A DNA stretch of 64,000 nt from Heterodontus francisci. Its lineage: Eukaryota. Position numbers and translations under genes: made by a program. Shown one piece after another: positions 11,921-24,797 of this stretch. The notes below the pieces were generated by a model. That model searched no databases. It was given only the letters and a program-made list of their open reading frames with translations, and was not told where the DNA came from. Numbering within the stretch: the stretch's first letter is position 1; every line of letters starts with the position of its first letter. The stretch spans positions 75,794,513 through 75,858,512 of the forward strand of contig NC_090379.1 in NCBI RefSeq assembly GCF_036365525.1, read 5' to 3'.

Positions 11921-14900
11921 TTTTTTTTATATTATCCATTCATGGGATGTGGGCATCACTGGCCAGGCCAGCATTTATTGCCCATCCCTAATTCTCCTTG
12001 AGAAGGTGGTGGTGAGCTGCCTTCTTGAACTGCTGCAGACCATGTGAGGTAGGTACCCCCACAGTGCTGTTAGGAAGGGAGTTCCAGGATCTTGACCCAT
12101 CGACAGTGAAGGAACGGCGATATAGTTCCAAGTCAGGATGGTGTGTGACTTGGAGGGGAACTTGCAGGTGGTGTTGTTCCCATGCATTTGCTGCCTTGTC
12201 CTTCTAGTTGGTAGAGGTCGTGGGTTTGGAAGGTGCTGTCTAAGGAGCCTTGGTGCATTGCTGCAGTGCAACTTGCAGATGGTACACACTGCTGCCACTG
12301 TGCGTCAGTGGTGGAGGGAGTGACTGTTTGTAGATGGGGTGCCAATCAAGTGGGCTGCTGTGTCCTGGATGGTGTCGAGCTTCTTGAGTGTTGTTGGAGC
12401 TGCACCCATCCAGGCAAGTGGAGAGTATTCCATCACACTCCTGACTTGTGGCTTGTAGATGGTGGACTGGCTTTGGGGAGTCAGGAGGTGAGTTACTTGC
12501 CGCAGGACACCTATCCTCTGACTTGCTCTTGTAGCCATGGTATTTCTATGGCTACTCCAGTTCAGTTTCTGGTCAATGGTAGCCCCTAGGATGTTGATAG
12601 TGGGGGATTCAGCGATGGTAATGCTATTGAATGTCAAGGAGAGATGGTTAGATTCTCTCTTGTTGGAGATGGTCATTGACTGGCACTTGTGTGGCATGAA
12701 TGTTACTTGCCACTTATCAGCCCAAGCCTGGATATTGTCCAAGTCTTGCTGCATTTCTACACAGAATGCTTCAGTACCTGAGGAGTCACGAATGGTGAAC
12801 ATTATGCAATCATCAGCGAACATCCGCACTTCTGACCTTATGATTGAAGAAAGGTCATTGACGAAGCTGCTGAAGATGGTTGGGCCTAGGACACTACCCT
12901 GAGTAACTCCTGCAGTGATGTCCTGGAGCTCAGATGATTGACCTCCAACAACCACAACCATCTTCCTTTGCGCTAGGTATGACTTCAGCCAGCAGAGGGT
13001 TTTCCCCCGATTCCCAATGACCTCAGTTGTGCTAGGGCTCCTTGATGCCATACTCGGTCAAATGCTGCCTTGATGTCAAGGGCAGTCACTCTCGCCTCAC
13101 CTCTTGAGTTCAGCTCTTTTGTCCATGTTTGAACCAAGGCTGTAATGAGGTCAGGAGCTGAGTGGCCCTGGCGGAACCCAAACTGAGCATCACTGAGCAG
13201 GTTATTGCTAAGCAAGTGCCGCTTGATGGCACTGTTGATGACACCTTCCATCGCTTTACTGATGATTGAGAGTAGGCTGATGGGGTGGTAATTGGCTGGG
13301 TTGGACTTGTCCTGCATTTTGTGTACAGGACATACCTGGGCAATTTTCCACATTGCAAAATAGATGCCAATGTTGTAGCTGTACTGGAACAGCTTGTCTT
13401 GGGGTGCAGCAAGTTCTGGAGCACAGGTCTTCAGTAGTATTGCCTGTATACTGTCAGGGCCCACAGCCTTTGCAATATCCAGTGCCTTCAGTCGTTTCTT
13501 GCTGTCACGCGGAGTGAATCGAATTGGCTGTGGTCTGGCATCTGTGATGCTGAGGACTTCAGGAGGGGGCCAAGATGGATCATCAACTCAGCACTTCTGG
13601 CTGAAGATTGTTGCAAATGCTTCAGCCTTATCTTTTGCACTGATGTGCTGGGCTCCCCCATCATTGAGGATGGGGATATTTGTGGAGCCACCTCCTTCAG
13701 TTAGTTGTTTAATTGTCCACCACCATTCACGGCTGGATGTGGCAGGACTGCAGAGCTTAGATCTGATCCGTTGGTTATGGGATCGCTTAGCTCTGTCTAT
13801 CGAATGCTGCTTACGCTGTTTGGCACGCAGATAGTCCTGTCTTATAGCTTCATTTTGAGGTATCCGTGGTGCTGCTCCTGGCATGCCCTCCTGCACTCTT
13901 CATTGAACCAGGGTTGGTCTCCTGGCTTGATGGTAATGGTAGAGTGGGGGATATGCTAAGCCGTGAGGTTACAGATTGTGGTTGAGTACAATTCTGCTGC
14001 TGCTGATGGCCCACAGTGCCTCATGGATGCCCACTTTTGCACTGCTCAATCTGTTCGAAATCTATCCCATTTAACACAGTGGTAATGCCACACAACACGA
14101 AGGAGGGTATCCTCAATGTGAAGGCAGGACTTCGTCTCCACAACGACTGTGCAGTGGTCACTCCTACCAATACTGTCATGGACAGATGCATCTGCAGCAG
14201 GCAGATTGATGAGGACGAGGTCAAGTATGTTTTCCCCCTTTTGTTGGTTCCCTCACCACCTGCCGTATACCCAGTCTTGCAGATATGTCCTTTAGGACTC
14301 GGTCAGCAGTGGTGCTACTGAGCCACTCTTGGTGATGGACATTGAAGTCCCCCACCCAGAGTACATTCTGTGCCCTTGCCACCCTCAGTGCTTTCTCCAA
14401 GTGCTGTTCAACATGGAGGAGTACTGATTCATCAGCTGAGGGAGGGTGGTAGGTGGTAATCAGCAGGAGGTTTCCTTGTCCATGTTTGACCTGATGCCAT
14501 GAGACTTTATGGGATCTAGAGTCGAGGTTAAGGACTCCCAGGGAAACTCCCTCCCTACTATATACCACTGTGCCGCCACCTCTACTGGGTCTGTCCTGCC
14601 AGTGGGACAGGACATACCCGGGGATGGTGATGTCAATGTCTGGGACATTGTCTGTAAGGTATGATTCCGTGAGTATGACTATGTCAGGCTGTTGCTTGAC
14701 TAGTCTGTGGGACAGCTCTCCCAACTTTGGCACAAGCCCCCAGATGTTAGTAGGGAGGACTTTGCAGGGTCAACAGGCTGGGTTTGCTGTTGTCATTTCC
14801 GGTGCCTAGGTCGATGCCGGGTGGTCTGTACGGTTTCATTCCTTTTTATTGACTGCGTAGCGGTTAGATACAACTGAGTGGCTTGCTAGGCCATTTCAGA

Positions 14901-15194
14901 GGACATGTAAGAGTCAACCATATTGCTGTGGGTCTGGAGTCACATGTAGGCCAGACCAAGTAAGGACAGCAGATTTCCTTCCCTAAAGGGCATTAGTGAA
15001 CCAGTTGGGTTTTTACAACAATCGACAATGGTTTCATGGCCATCATTAGACTAGCTTTTTTGAAATTCCAGATATATTAATTGAATTCAAATTCCATCTT
15101 CTGCTGTGGTGCGATTTGAACCCATCCCCAGAGAAATACCATGTGCCTCTGGGTTACTAGTCCACTGACAATACCACTACGCCACCGCCTCCCC
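11921..15194 (-). mobile_element. Full-length tRNA-headed, ORF1-less LINE (CR1/L2-group APE-RT), decayed
   Basis: 5' end GGGGAGGCGGTGGCGTAGTGG followed by a ~430-nt leader. APE motifs TNIWGL, VILTESYL and WVGDFN (14221-14770); RT motifs QFGFR, LDIKAAFD, QGSVLGP and MFADD; stop at 11988. 3' UTR GGGATGGGCAATAAATGCTGGCC..CCCACATCCC then an A-rich tail. Confidence 0.9.
15112..15184 (-). promoter_or_regulatory. Type 2 Pol III internal promoter (A box and B box) at the LINE 5' end
   Basis: A box TGGCGTAGTGG at 15184-15174, starting 10 nt inside the 5' end; B box GGTTCAAATCG at 15122-15112. Confidence 0.8.
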
Positions 15195-15919
15195 TTGAAA
15201 GGACATATGGGATTCTGGGCTTTATAAAAAGAGGCATCGAGTACAAAAGAAAGGAAGTTATGATGAACCGTTATAAAACACTGGATCGGCCTCAACTGGC
15301 ATATTGTGTCCAATTCTGGGCACCACACTTTAGGAAGGATGTGAAGGCATTGGATAGGGTGTAGAAAACATTTACAAGAACGGTTCCGGAGATGAGAGAC
15401 CTCAGTTACGAAGATGGATTGGCGAAGCCGGGATGTTCTCTTTGGAGAAGCGAAGGTTGACAGGAGATTTGATCGAGTTATTCAAAATCATGAGGGGTCT
15501 AGTCAGACTAAATGGGCAGAAACTGTTTGCACTAGTGGGAGGGTCGAGAACCAGAGGACACCAATTAGAGGTAATTGGCAAAAGAACCAGAGGCAACATG
15601 AGGAAAATCTTTTTTTTCAGCAAGTGGTTAGGATCTGGATTGCACTGTCTGAGAACGTAGTGGAGGCAGATTCAATCATGGCTTTCAAAAGGGAATTGCA
15701 TAATTATCTGAAGAGAAAAAATTTCCAGGACTACAGTGAAAAGGCAGGGGAATGGGGCTGGCTGAGTAGCTCTTACAGAGAGCTGGTATGGAAATGATGG
15801 GCCAAATGGCCTCCTTTTGTGCTGTAACCATTCTATAATTCTAAGTCATAAACAGTGATATAGCTGCTCCAGGTGAAAGTAATATTAAAATAACCTAAGT
15901 AGTTGCAGCAGGAGTAACA

Positions 15920-16975
15920 ATGGTGTGAGAAAAACTGCGCGGGGCAGAGGGACAGGTTAGATCTCTCACCCAAATAAGAGTTTTATGTACTAACACATGA
16001 AGTATCAGAAATAAACTGAATGAATTAGGGCTCAAATGCAGATTAGAGGATATGGTGGCCATTCCTGGGTCATGGCTGCAAGCTAGTAATGATTAGTCAT
16101 AGTCATGAGTTAAATATCCAGATTAGAATCTCTTAAAAGGATAGGGAAACTGGGAAGAGGGGTGGGGGGGTGGGGGGGTAGCCTTTTTGATTAAAGATAC
16201 TATAATTACAACATTAGTAAGAGAGGATACAGGTAAGTGAAAATAGTCAGTGGAGATTCTGGTTTGAATTGAAGAATAAGAGAGTTCTTGAAGCTGAAAT
16301 GGGCAGTGTCTACAGGCCTCCTGATAGCAGCAATTAACTGGCAGAATGTATTAATCTAAAGATTAGAGAGGATTGGAGCAAAGGCAGAATTGTTTTAATG
16401 GGAGGCTTTAATTTTCGTATAGACTGGGAAGAGCACAGTCGGAAAGGTAATGAATTTCTTGAGCGCATTCACAGTGGTTTTCCGGAGCAATATATTCTAG
16501 AACCTAAAAAAAGACAGGCCTTACCAGGTTTCATTATAAGTAAGGAGAAAGATTAAGTTAATAATCTGACTTAAGGGAACAATTTATGTAACAGTGATCA
16601 TAATATGAGGAAAGGTTACATAAATTAGGTTTGTATTCCTTAGGTTAAAAGTTTATTTAATTGGCTAGGTTTTTAGGATTTTGAAAGGAACTGATAGAAT
16701 AGATTTTCTGCTGGGTGGGGGAGCCCAGGACAAAGTGAGCCAGGCCATTCAGAAAAGTTAAGAAACACTTCTTCGTGCAAAAGCATGGTGTAAGTGTGAA
16801 ACTCTCTCCCACAAAATAATTCAAATAAAAATTATAAATCTGCAATCAATAGATTTTTGCTAGCCAAATGTATTAAAGGATATGGAGCTAAGGCAGATGA
16901 AGAAGTTAGGGTACAGATCAGCCATGATCTCATTGAAGGGTGAACAGGCTTGTGGAGCTGAATGGTATATTCCGA
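15920..16975 (+). mobile_element. Old diverged CR1 pieces (APE region and 3' end)
   Basis: Degenerate MGGFNF and SDH motifs, then a 3' UTR with gatcagccatgatctcattgaa; a short SINE/L2 tail follows at 16980-17045. Confidence 0.6.
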
Positions 16976-17280
16976 TCCGATGAAGCACTTGGGGGATGTC
17001 CTGAGATTGTGAAAGGTGCTATACAAATGCAAATCCTTTCTTTCTTTGGCACAGACCATGGGTCTGAGAGCAAATGATTACTAAGTCTGTCTTTGTGTGT
17101 GATGTGCTGCAGTGAAGGCTGCATGTTTTTAGGATGTTTAATAAAATAAATAGGGATGCCAGAGGCAAAGCCTGGCTTTTTCAGGAAGTCATTTTAACAG
17201 TAACATTCATTTGGTCTGAATTCCAGGAGATTAGAATCCATGAGCTCTGAGCATTTACATGACTAAATATGGTTTCTTAC

Positions 17281-17293
17281 CTTGGTGACAAAA
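17281..17293 (-). other. Candidate 13-nt micro-exon of an unidentified transcript
   Basis: Minus strand reads tactgat-tttatttttatgggtttacag|TTTTGTCACCAAG|gtaaga, in apparently unique sequence. Confidence 0.35.
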
Positions 17294-17722
17294 CTGTAAA
17301 CCCATAAAAATAAAATCAGTAGTTATGTAAAGAGCATCAGTTCTTTGTGTTTTCTTTGCTGTGGCATGATGTAGGCAGGCATCTCCATGCAGAAAGGGAA
17401 GCAAAAATGGGTTTTCCCCCTAATGGCCAATCAGAAGGCTGGTGGCATCTTACTTGCCCTCTTTCTAAACTGGGAAATGACATTTTAGGAAGAGGGAAAC
17501 CTGGAATTATAGGATGAAGGTGAGGGTTTCCCCGAGAGGAAGACTAGTTGAAAAGTAAAGGACCTAAATTATTTCTGCAGCTGTTGATGAATGCAGCCAT
17601 TTAATTAATTCCATCAACTTGCAGTGGCAAAGAAACCAGGCTTCTATTTATTGTTTGTATAGCAGGGAAGCACTCCCTCACTGAGAGATATCATAGGTAC
17701 ATTCCCAGACTGTAGAAACACA

Positions 17723-18549
17723 GGACTGAATTTTGCAGACCCCCCGATGTTGGGGTTGTGACGGGGAAAGGAGGGCCAGAAAATGCCTCCGGGAGAAGCA
17801 CACCATGGTCTTCGATGCCAGGAAGGCTCGTCCCCATATTGCCAGTGAGGCCTCGTGACAACCCCTCCCACCACTCGGCGATGGGAGTCCAATTTAAATA
17901 TGTTAATTCATGTAAATAAATGAACTGATTACCATCGCGCTCCCGCCGTCCGTCCTGGAGCGATATTGGTGCCGGTGGCCAGCACTCCCACGCCTTTGGA
18001 TCACTGTCTCAGGGATCCAAGGCGGAGCGCTGGTGGGGAGAGGGGAGCAGGTAAGTTTTTCAGTGTGGTTGGTGGGGGGGCGGTAGTGGAAGTGGTGTCA
18101 GAGTCATTTCACTGGTGTGGGGGTTGGTGGGAAGGGGTAAAGTTTGAAGTTTATGAACTTTGGAGGGGAAGGTCAGGTGCACAAGGTAAGCATTTTGTAG
18201 GAGAGAGGGCAAGGAATTAAGTCTATGATTGTTGGAGGGGTGGGAAAAGGGCAAGATCAATTAATTTAATTTTTTAAAATCCATTCTCCTTTAAATATTT
18301 AATTGTAACGATATGACTCAAAGCCCTTTAAAAATGCCATCAGTGCCTGCACAAAAGCAGCTGATGCCATTGCCAGGGACGGACTGCCCACCCCCTCCAT
18401 GTCATTGGGGTGGGGGGGTGGGTGCGGTGGTCTGCCTCGACCATTTAAATGAGCCACCGCGTTTAATATCACTGTGACTCTGTGACATGCGGCCCGCGGG
18501 GCAGACCGCAATTGTTTACGTCCAACGCCGTACGTATAAACTTCAGCCC
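17723..18549. mobile_element. Harbinger-type MITE
   Basis: TIRs GGACTGAATTTT and AAACTTCAGCCC; TSD ACA at 17720-17722 and 18550-18552. Internal blocks such as aagccctttaaaaatg are shared with 3062-3846. Confidence 0.85.
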
Positions 18550-19849
18550 ACAGTTCCTGTCTGACATTCACAAAAGGGCTTTAATGTGGACTGGCAAATA
18601 AGCCAAATTTTCATTTTAATATTTGGAATTCCAGAATTTTAAAGTATTTTGGGGATTACTTTCTGTAATTTTATCCATTTTTCATATTTATTTCCATTTT
18701 CGCTAAGGGATACCCTGGCAATGAAGGAGAAATTGCAAAAGGAGGAAAATTAAAATAAGTAAGAAAAAAATTGCAGTAAAATTTGAAAACCAGGTTCCCG
18801 AGAGATGATTACATAATCCTTGTTGTTGGTGGCAGCAATCTGAGCAGCAAAACTGATGTTAAAAAAACCCTGAACATTTTGTCTGCTAACCTGGAATATA
18901 TGGACGTTGATCAATAAAAATTTGAAACCATTCCAAACACAACTGATATCATAAACATTTCATCTGTCCAAAAAGCAACACAATTGAATGGGACTAATCA
19001 TGTTGCCTTCACAGAAATTCACTGCAGATTAATGTTGTTGGATAATATGATGACAGTAATGGTGAAAATTAATCCATTGAAGCAGCAAGATCTTCAGTAT
19101 TAAAAATCAGGGACTAATGTACTGCCAATTTATTTTGTCCAATAGTTTTACATCGTCCAGCCCCAAATGAACACACTCCTTGTTTCTTTGAGACCATTTC
19201 AGATGAAGTAGTGCTTAACCCAATGATAAGTCTGCACTCTTGAGACCTTGCCTCAAGATTATATCCTTGCACTACGTATCGACTCTGGCCAAAATCTGCC
19301 TAAAATTCCTTGAGCTATCATGCTGACTAAAAATCTGAAACACACAAATTATGAACCATAATTTTATTTCCACTGCAGGTGAAAGTAATTAGTTCTATGT
19401 TGCATATCAAGGACGTCATGTACACCCTCAGCAATTTATAGATCTAACTGCATAATGCAAGAACAGTCACAGCTGTGTTTGACCTGGTGTGCCCATGAAT
19501 TAGAAAAATCTAACTTCATACTATCACTTCACAGGTGGCAATAGGCAGTAACAAAAATAAATCAAAACTGTTAATGCAAAATGAAGTTAAGGGCCTGCTT
19601 GATATCTAGTGTGAAACTGTGGGGGAACATCCTGAAAGGCTGTGCAAGATTATGGGCCTGCAGTTTGGGCTATATATTAGCCCTTCCAATTTTGTCATTG
19701 TAATCAATTCAGAAGATAGGGTTCAGATTCCTCTGGTCTGTTCTCACTTCTATTTTTTGTTCCACAAGATTTGTTCTTGGAATCTCTGCCTCTCTTTCAC
19801 TTGATGTTTATTGTGGAGATGAAGGCACACGAGATGAGTAAATCTGGTG

Positions 19850-20085
19850 GCTAATATTCTTTCCCAGAGAGTGGTGAGTATGTGGAACTCGCTACCACGT
19901 GAAGTGGTTGAGGTGATTAACAGAGAGACATTTAAAGGAAAGCTAGATAAATATGAGCGAGAAAGGAATAGAAGGATGTGTTGATAGGGTGAAATGGTAG
20001 GAGGCTCATGTAGAACGTAAACACAGGCATAGATCTGTTGGACCAAATGTCCTCTTATTGTGCTGTAAAGATTTTACATAATTCT
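19850..20085 (+). mobile_element. CR1 3' end, old
   Basis: ttttcccagagagtggtg..tggaactcgctacc..tgtgctgtaa CR1 terminal pattern. Confidence 0.65.
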
Positions 20086-20334
20086 GTACAAAATGTTGAC
20101 AAAATAGTAATCACTGGGGGGAGAAATGTGAAAGAGAAAAAGGGGTCTCTGAGTGTCCTTTTTTCTGAAGATCTTTGGGTAGTTCTCTCTGTCACAAGGT
20201 GTCTGTTCTGGTATCTTTCTTAAAATCTCTTAAATTTATGAATTACCTGAACCAGGGTGATCTATGGCACCACTTGGCACATTTCACAAGTGTTTAATTA
20301 TTTATTCATATTTCAACCAGAAATAGGCTGTCGT

Positions 20335-21509
20335 AATGCATTGTCCAGCTGCGTGAGACTGCTGTCACCTGGTTCTATTCTTATCTATCTAAATGTAGCC
20401 AGAGTATCATTGCAATGCCTTCTCTTTCTGCTCCCGCACCATTACCTCTGGTGTCCCCTAAGGATCTATCCTTGGTGCCCTCCTATTTCTCATCTACATG
20501 CTGCACCTCACCAACATCATCTGAAAGCACGGCGTTAGTTTTCACATACATGCTGACAACTCCCAGCTCTGGCTCACTACTGCTTCTCTCAACTCCTCCA
20601 CTGTTGCTAAATTATCAGACTGCTTATCGGACATCCAGTGCTGGATGAGCAGAAATTTCCTCCAGTTAAATATTGGGAAGACTGAAGCCATTGTTTTCAG
20701 TCCCTGTTCCAAACTCCATTCCCTAGCTATTGACTTCATCCCTCTCCCTGGCAATAGTCTGAGATTAAACCAGTCTGTTCGCAACCTTGGTGTCACATTT
20801 GACCCCGAGATGAGCTTCCAACCTCATATTCACACCATCACTAATACTGCCTATTTCCACCTCTGTAACATCACCTGACTTTGCCCCTGTCTCAGCTCAG
20901 TGATGCTGAAACTCTCTTTCATGCCTTTGCTACCCTAGACTTGACTATTCCAATACATTCCTAGCTGGTCTCCCACATTCTACCTTCTGTAAACTTGACG
21001 TCATCCAAAACCCTGCTGCTCGTGTCCTAACTCGCACCAAGTCCTGTTCCCCATCACCCCTGTGCTCGCTGGCCTACATTGCCTTCCAGTCAAGCAATGT
21101 CTTGATTTTAAAATTCTCATCTTTGTTTTCAAATCCCTCGATGGTCTTGCTCCTCCCTATCTCTAATCTCCTTCAGCCCCACAGCCCACTGAGATATCTG
21201 CACTCCTCTAATTCTGGTCTCTTAAACATCCCCAGTTTTAATCATTCCACCATTGGTGGCCGTGCCTTCAGTTGCCTAGGCCCAAAACTCTGGAATACCC
21301 TCCCTACACCTCTCTGCCTCTCCACCTTGCTTTCCTCCTTTAAGACACTCCTTAAAACCTACCTCTTTGACCAAGCTTTTGGTCATCTAACCTAATATAT
21401 CCTTAGGTGACTCGTTGTCATATTTTATTTTATAATGCTCCTATGAAGCGCCTTGGGCCAATTTATTACGTTAAAGGCGCTATATAAATATAAGTTGTTA
21501 TTATTATTA
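20335..21509 (+). mobile_element. L2 LINE 3' half
   Basis: MSRNFLQLNIGKTEAIVF, VRNLGVTFD and GGRAFS motifs; tail aaaggcgctatataaatataagttgttattatt. Confidence 0.9.
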
Positions 21510-22834
21510 CAGTTTATTGTTTACTGCACCAAGATCCACGGAACGGTCTTTTGTTTGAACAACTGAATTGATCCCGAAGTCTTTTGAAAAAGAACCATTT
21601 TTTAAAGGAAGTCTTATTCTGAACTGTATCAAAATGTGTTGAACACTGGTCCTTTCCCAATCCAACAAGGCCAGCAGCAGGAATGCAAGCTGCCATGGAG
21701 AGCATTAAAATAAAATAAAATTGAAAAAGTGCACTTAACTTCACTAATGGAAAGATAAAAGCTGATCTCAGAGAACACAGCAGTGAAAGTTCTGTAAATG
21801 AAGCAGATGCACAACAAATCAGAGCATGCTCAGAAAGCTAATACAGAAGCTGAGAAAGCCAAATGAAAAACAAAGACTAACTCATAAAACTGGTGTGAAG
21901 ATCAACATAGCATTTAAAATACCAGTGAGCCATCAGGGATACTTCAGTTGTTCCTAAATGGCCTCTGAATTTCAAGCTTGAATTACATCCAGATACTGGT
22001 TATTTTATGCAATGCTATATATTGTACATGATACAGCAAAAAGAGAAATATTATATTTGTGTTAATTTGTTTAGCCTTTAACAAGCATCTGTATGATTAA
22101 AGCAGCATGACACAGGAGCTAGCGTATCACTGTTTTAATACAAGTATTCAGTGATACACAAAGAGCAGCTTAAGATCTAAATACTTCTTTTTAACTAAAC
22201 CTCTCATGGTTAAAACAGGCTTTGATAAAAAAGCTTTTGAGAGTGCTCAAACATCATGATCTGACCACAATCTTTCCTCTGTATTTCATCTTTGCTTTGT
22301 CTATACATGTGCAGTTTTAAAATCACTATGACTATTGTGGATTCGATAAAGTGTTTTTTCTTTTGTTTATTGATCTGATTAATTTATACATTTCATTTTC
22401 TGCCATACAGTTGATCTCTTTGCTTGCTTTTTATCTCAGATGTCTAGTTGATTCTCTTATATTTTATTCTCTTGCTGTTTTTCTCCGCTTTCAGTTTCGC
22501 ACTCTGGCTCTCCCCCCTCCAATTTCTCTCTCCTCTTAAAATGTAAGCGTAGCCCAAACCACTAATTTTGTAAGTATAACATTTTTCAGTACAAAAATTC
22601 ACATTGCATAAGAAATAAATGAAGTACGATGAAGCACAAATTCAAGCATACAATGTAGTAGACCTGTCTATAAGCTGAGCATGATTGGGAGCAGAATATC
22701 CCAGGCTACAGGATCTTTAGAAAGGGCAGGGAAATTGAGTGAGATGAGCAAGTAGCAATAAGAGATACCATTACAGCAGCAAAAAGAAGGAATTTCATTA
22801 AAGATGAAGTGGAAATTAAGGCAATGGAAACATG

Positions 22835-23432
22835 GGGCCGGATTTTCAAAGCACTTTGGGGTGAGCATGGGTACAGGTGCGGATGGAAGACTGCATTCCC
22901 AAAAGGCGTCTCTGGATCACAACGCCTCCAGGACGTACACCAATTTTCAAAGTGAGAGCGCGGGGGGGAAGGAGTCAACAACGTGGTCATCTCAATTTAA
23001 TGGCCTGTTAAGCTCCTTGAGGAGCTTGTTCACGGGCCGGGGAGGGTGAGAATGCAATTTATGATCGGCAAATCAGCGAACCCGAACAGTCTGGTGCATA
23101 TTCATGCATAGCTGTCAGATTCAATGTGGGGAAAAGTTAAAGTCTTTTTTTTAATAAGGTGAAGACTCCCAAAACCTGGAAGATCTTGCAGCAGATCTTG
23201 CAGAGAGGTGCATTACCTCTCATTTGGCCACTTTCCTGTGCGGTGAGGCTGTGCAGGCAGCTCCCACCTCCTGGTAATGTTCAGCACCACTCATTGGGTA
23301 CCAAGCTTGCCTCCAACCCAATTAGAGTATTAATATTTAAAGATAGTGTCGTTGGAGTGACACAGATCCAGCGTTGGGACCAGCACATTTTTCAGGTGTC
23401 GGGCTCCCGATCCTGAATTGAAAATCGAGCCC
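22835..23432. mobile_element. Harbinger-type MITE
   Basis: TIRs GGGCCGGATTTTCAA and TTGAAAATCGAGCCC; flanks ATG/TTG form a TSD with one mismatch. Confidence 0.75.
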
Positions 23433-24099
23433 TTGGTGTGTACATAATTGAGGTACAGTAAAGGGTGAAAGACTCTCGCAGGAGTTGACTACAGATTTCT
23501 TGATCGTAGTGATGCAGTGGGCAATGTATCAATATGGAGATTAGGAAAATACGTAGCAAAAACAATACGGTTAAATGAGAGATTTTAATTTTCAGATAGA
23601 CTCAAGAAACAGAGCACCTCAAGTAGTAAAGGCAGTGAATTTCGACAATGCAATCAGGAAGAGTTGTTCTCGAGCAATATGTTTTAGAACAAACAAGAGA
23701 ACAGGCCATACTAGATTTAGTGATGAGTAACGAATAATTTGGTTAAGACACATTTCAAATAATGGCCATAACATGACTATTTGATATCGGGTTTGAGGAG
23801 AAGGGATAGTCACAAACTAAAGCTTTAAGTTTAAGTATGGCAAATCAGAGGGAGAAGAAATGAGTGAAACAGAGAAAATTGGGCTGAGCTGTTTGAGTAA
23901 ACCTACAGACAAATCAGTGGGAAGTATTCAAAGATGTTTTTGGGATGGTACAAAATTGGTACAGACCTCTAGTTGTGTAGTTATGCAACAGTGGTCAACA
24001 AATTATGGAAGAAAGTATCAAGCTAAAGAAAAGACAAGACAAGGCCAGTAATAAAGATGGCGCTGCTCATATATACACAAAAAAGTGAATACATGCAAA

Positions 24100-24370
24100 C
24101 CCATTCCCCCCTCAATGCTCGCTTCTCTTCCCCACTCCCTCCCGCAATCACCACCATCCTCACAGGCAGCGGGTTCAAGGTCATTACCACTGACTGCATT
24201 AAAAAGTTTGTCCTCACATCCCCCTGCATCTCCTACCCAAAACCTTAAATCTCTGTCCCCTAGTCCTTGTACCATCAGCTAATGGGAACAGCTTTTCTTT
24301 GTTTACCTTATCTAAACATTTCAGAATCTGGTACACTTCTATCAAATCTCTCCTCAATCCCCTTTGCTCA
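24100..24370 (-). mobile_element. CR1 3' end fragment
   Basis: EQRGLRRDLIEVYQILK..TRGQRFKV on the minus strand. Confidence 0.8.
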
Positions 24371-24432
24371 ACTTTGCAAAGGCAGTGGGAGCAAATAGCC
24401 ATCGCTGTCAATGTCAACAGTGTAGTCTTGGG

Positions 24433-24797
24433 TAATAAAAACAAGAAATGCTGGAATCACTCAGCAGGTCTGGCAGCATCTGTGGAAAGAGAAGCAGAGT
24501 TAACGTTTCGGGTCAGTGACCCTTCATCGGAACTGACAAATATTAGAAAAGTCACAGGTTATAAGCAAGTGAGGTGGGGGTGGGGCAAGAGATAACAAAG
24601 GAGGTCTAGATTGGACCAGGCCACATAGCTGACCAAAAGGACACAGAGCAAAGGCAAACAATATGTTTTTTTAACATTCTTTTTTACAATCTTTTTTTTG
24701 CATTTATTTCATTTCATCTTTGTTTGTTCAGTTTGCTTACCCACTGTTGTTTTCAGGTTTGCACTTGCTGCTGTTCAATATTCAGTGTATCCACGCT
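24433..24797. mobile_element. Penelope-like element terminal fragment with 15-bp TSD
   Basis: TSD CAGTGTAGTCTTGGG at 24418-24432 and 24798-24812. The left half resembles the terminus at 38001-38110; the purine/pyrimidine skew flips near 24665. Confidence 0.8.
24497..24535 (-). ncRNA. Minimal type I hammerhead ribozyme motif (Penelope-associated)
   Basis: Minus strand CAGUU-CCGAUGA-A-GGGUC-ACU-GACCC-GAAA-CGUU-AACU: core, 5-bp stem II, palindromic AACGUU stem III and 4-bp stem I. Core position 4 is C rather than U. Confidence 0.6.

Larger units (their letters stand above)
11015..15843 (+). mobile_element. CR1 LINE RT and 3' end, split into 11015-11919 and 15195-15843 by the tRNA-headed LINE
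   Basis: PEDWK, QHRF and KFADDT motifs lie left of the insertion. The CR1 sequence resumes at ~15198 (gattctgggctttata) and ends in cattctataattcta. Confidence 0.9.

Noticed and set aside
15112-15194. Functional tRNA gene
   Set aside because: A and B boxes are present, but the spacing is extended, I cannot fold a clean cloverleaf, no T-run terminator follows, and it is continuous with the LINE leader.
21514-21744. 76-aa ORF that looks like a secreted peptide
   Set aside because: It starts at GTG, the hydrophobic N-terminus comes from a T-rich tract, and I recognise no homologue. Only the acceptor-like site near 21690 is kept as a weak candidate.
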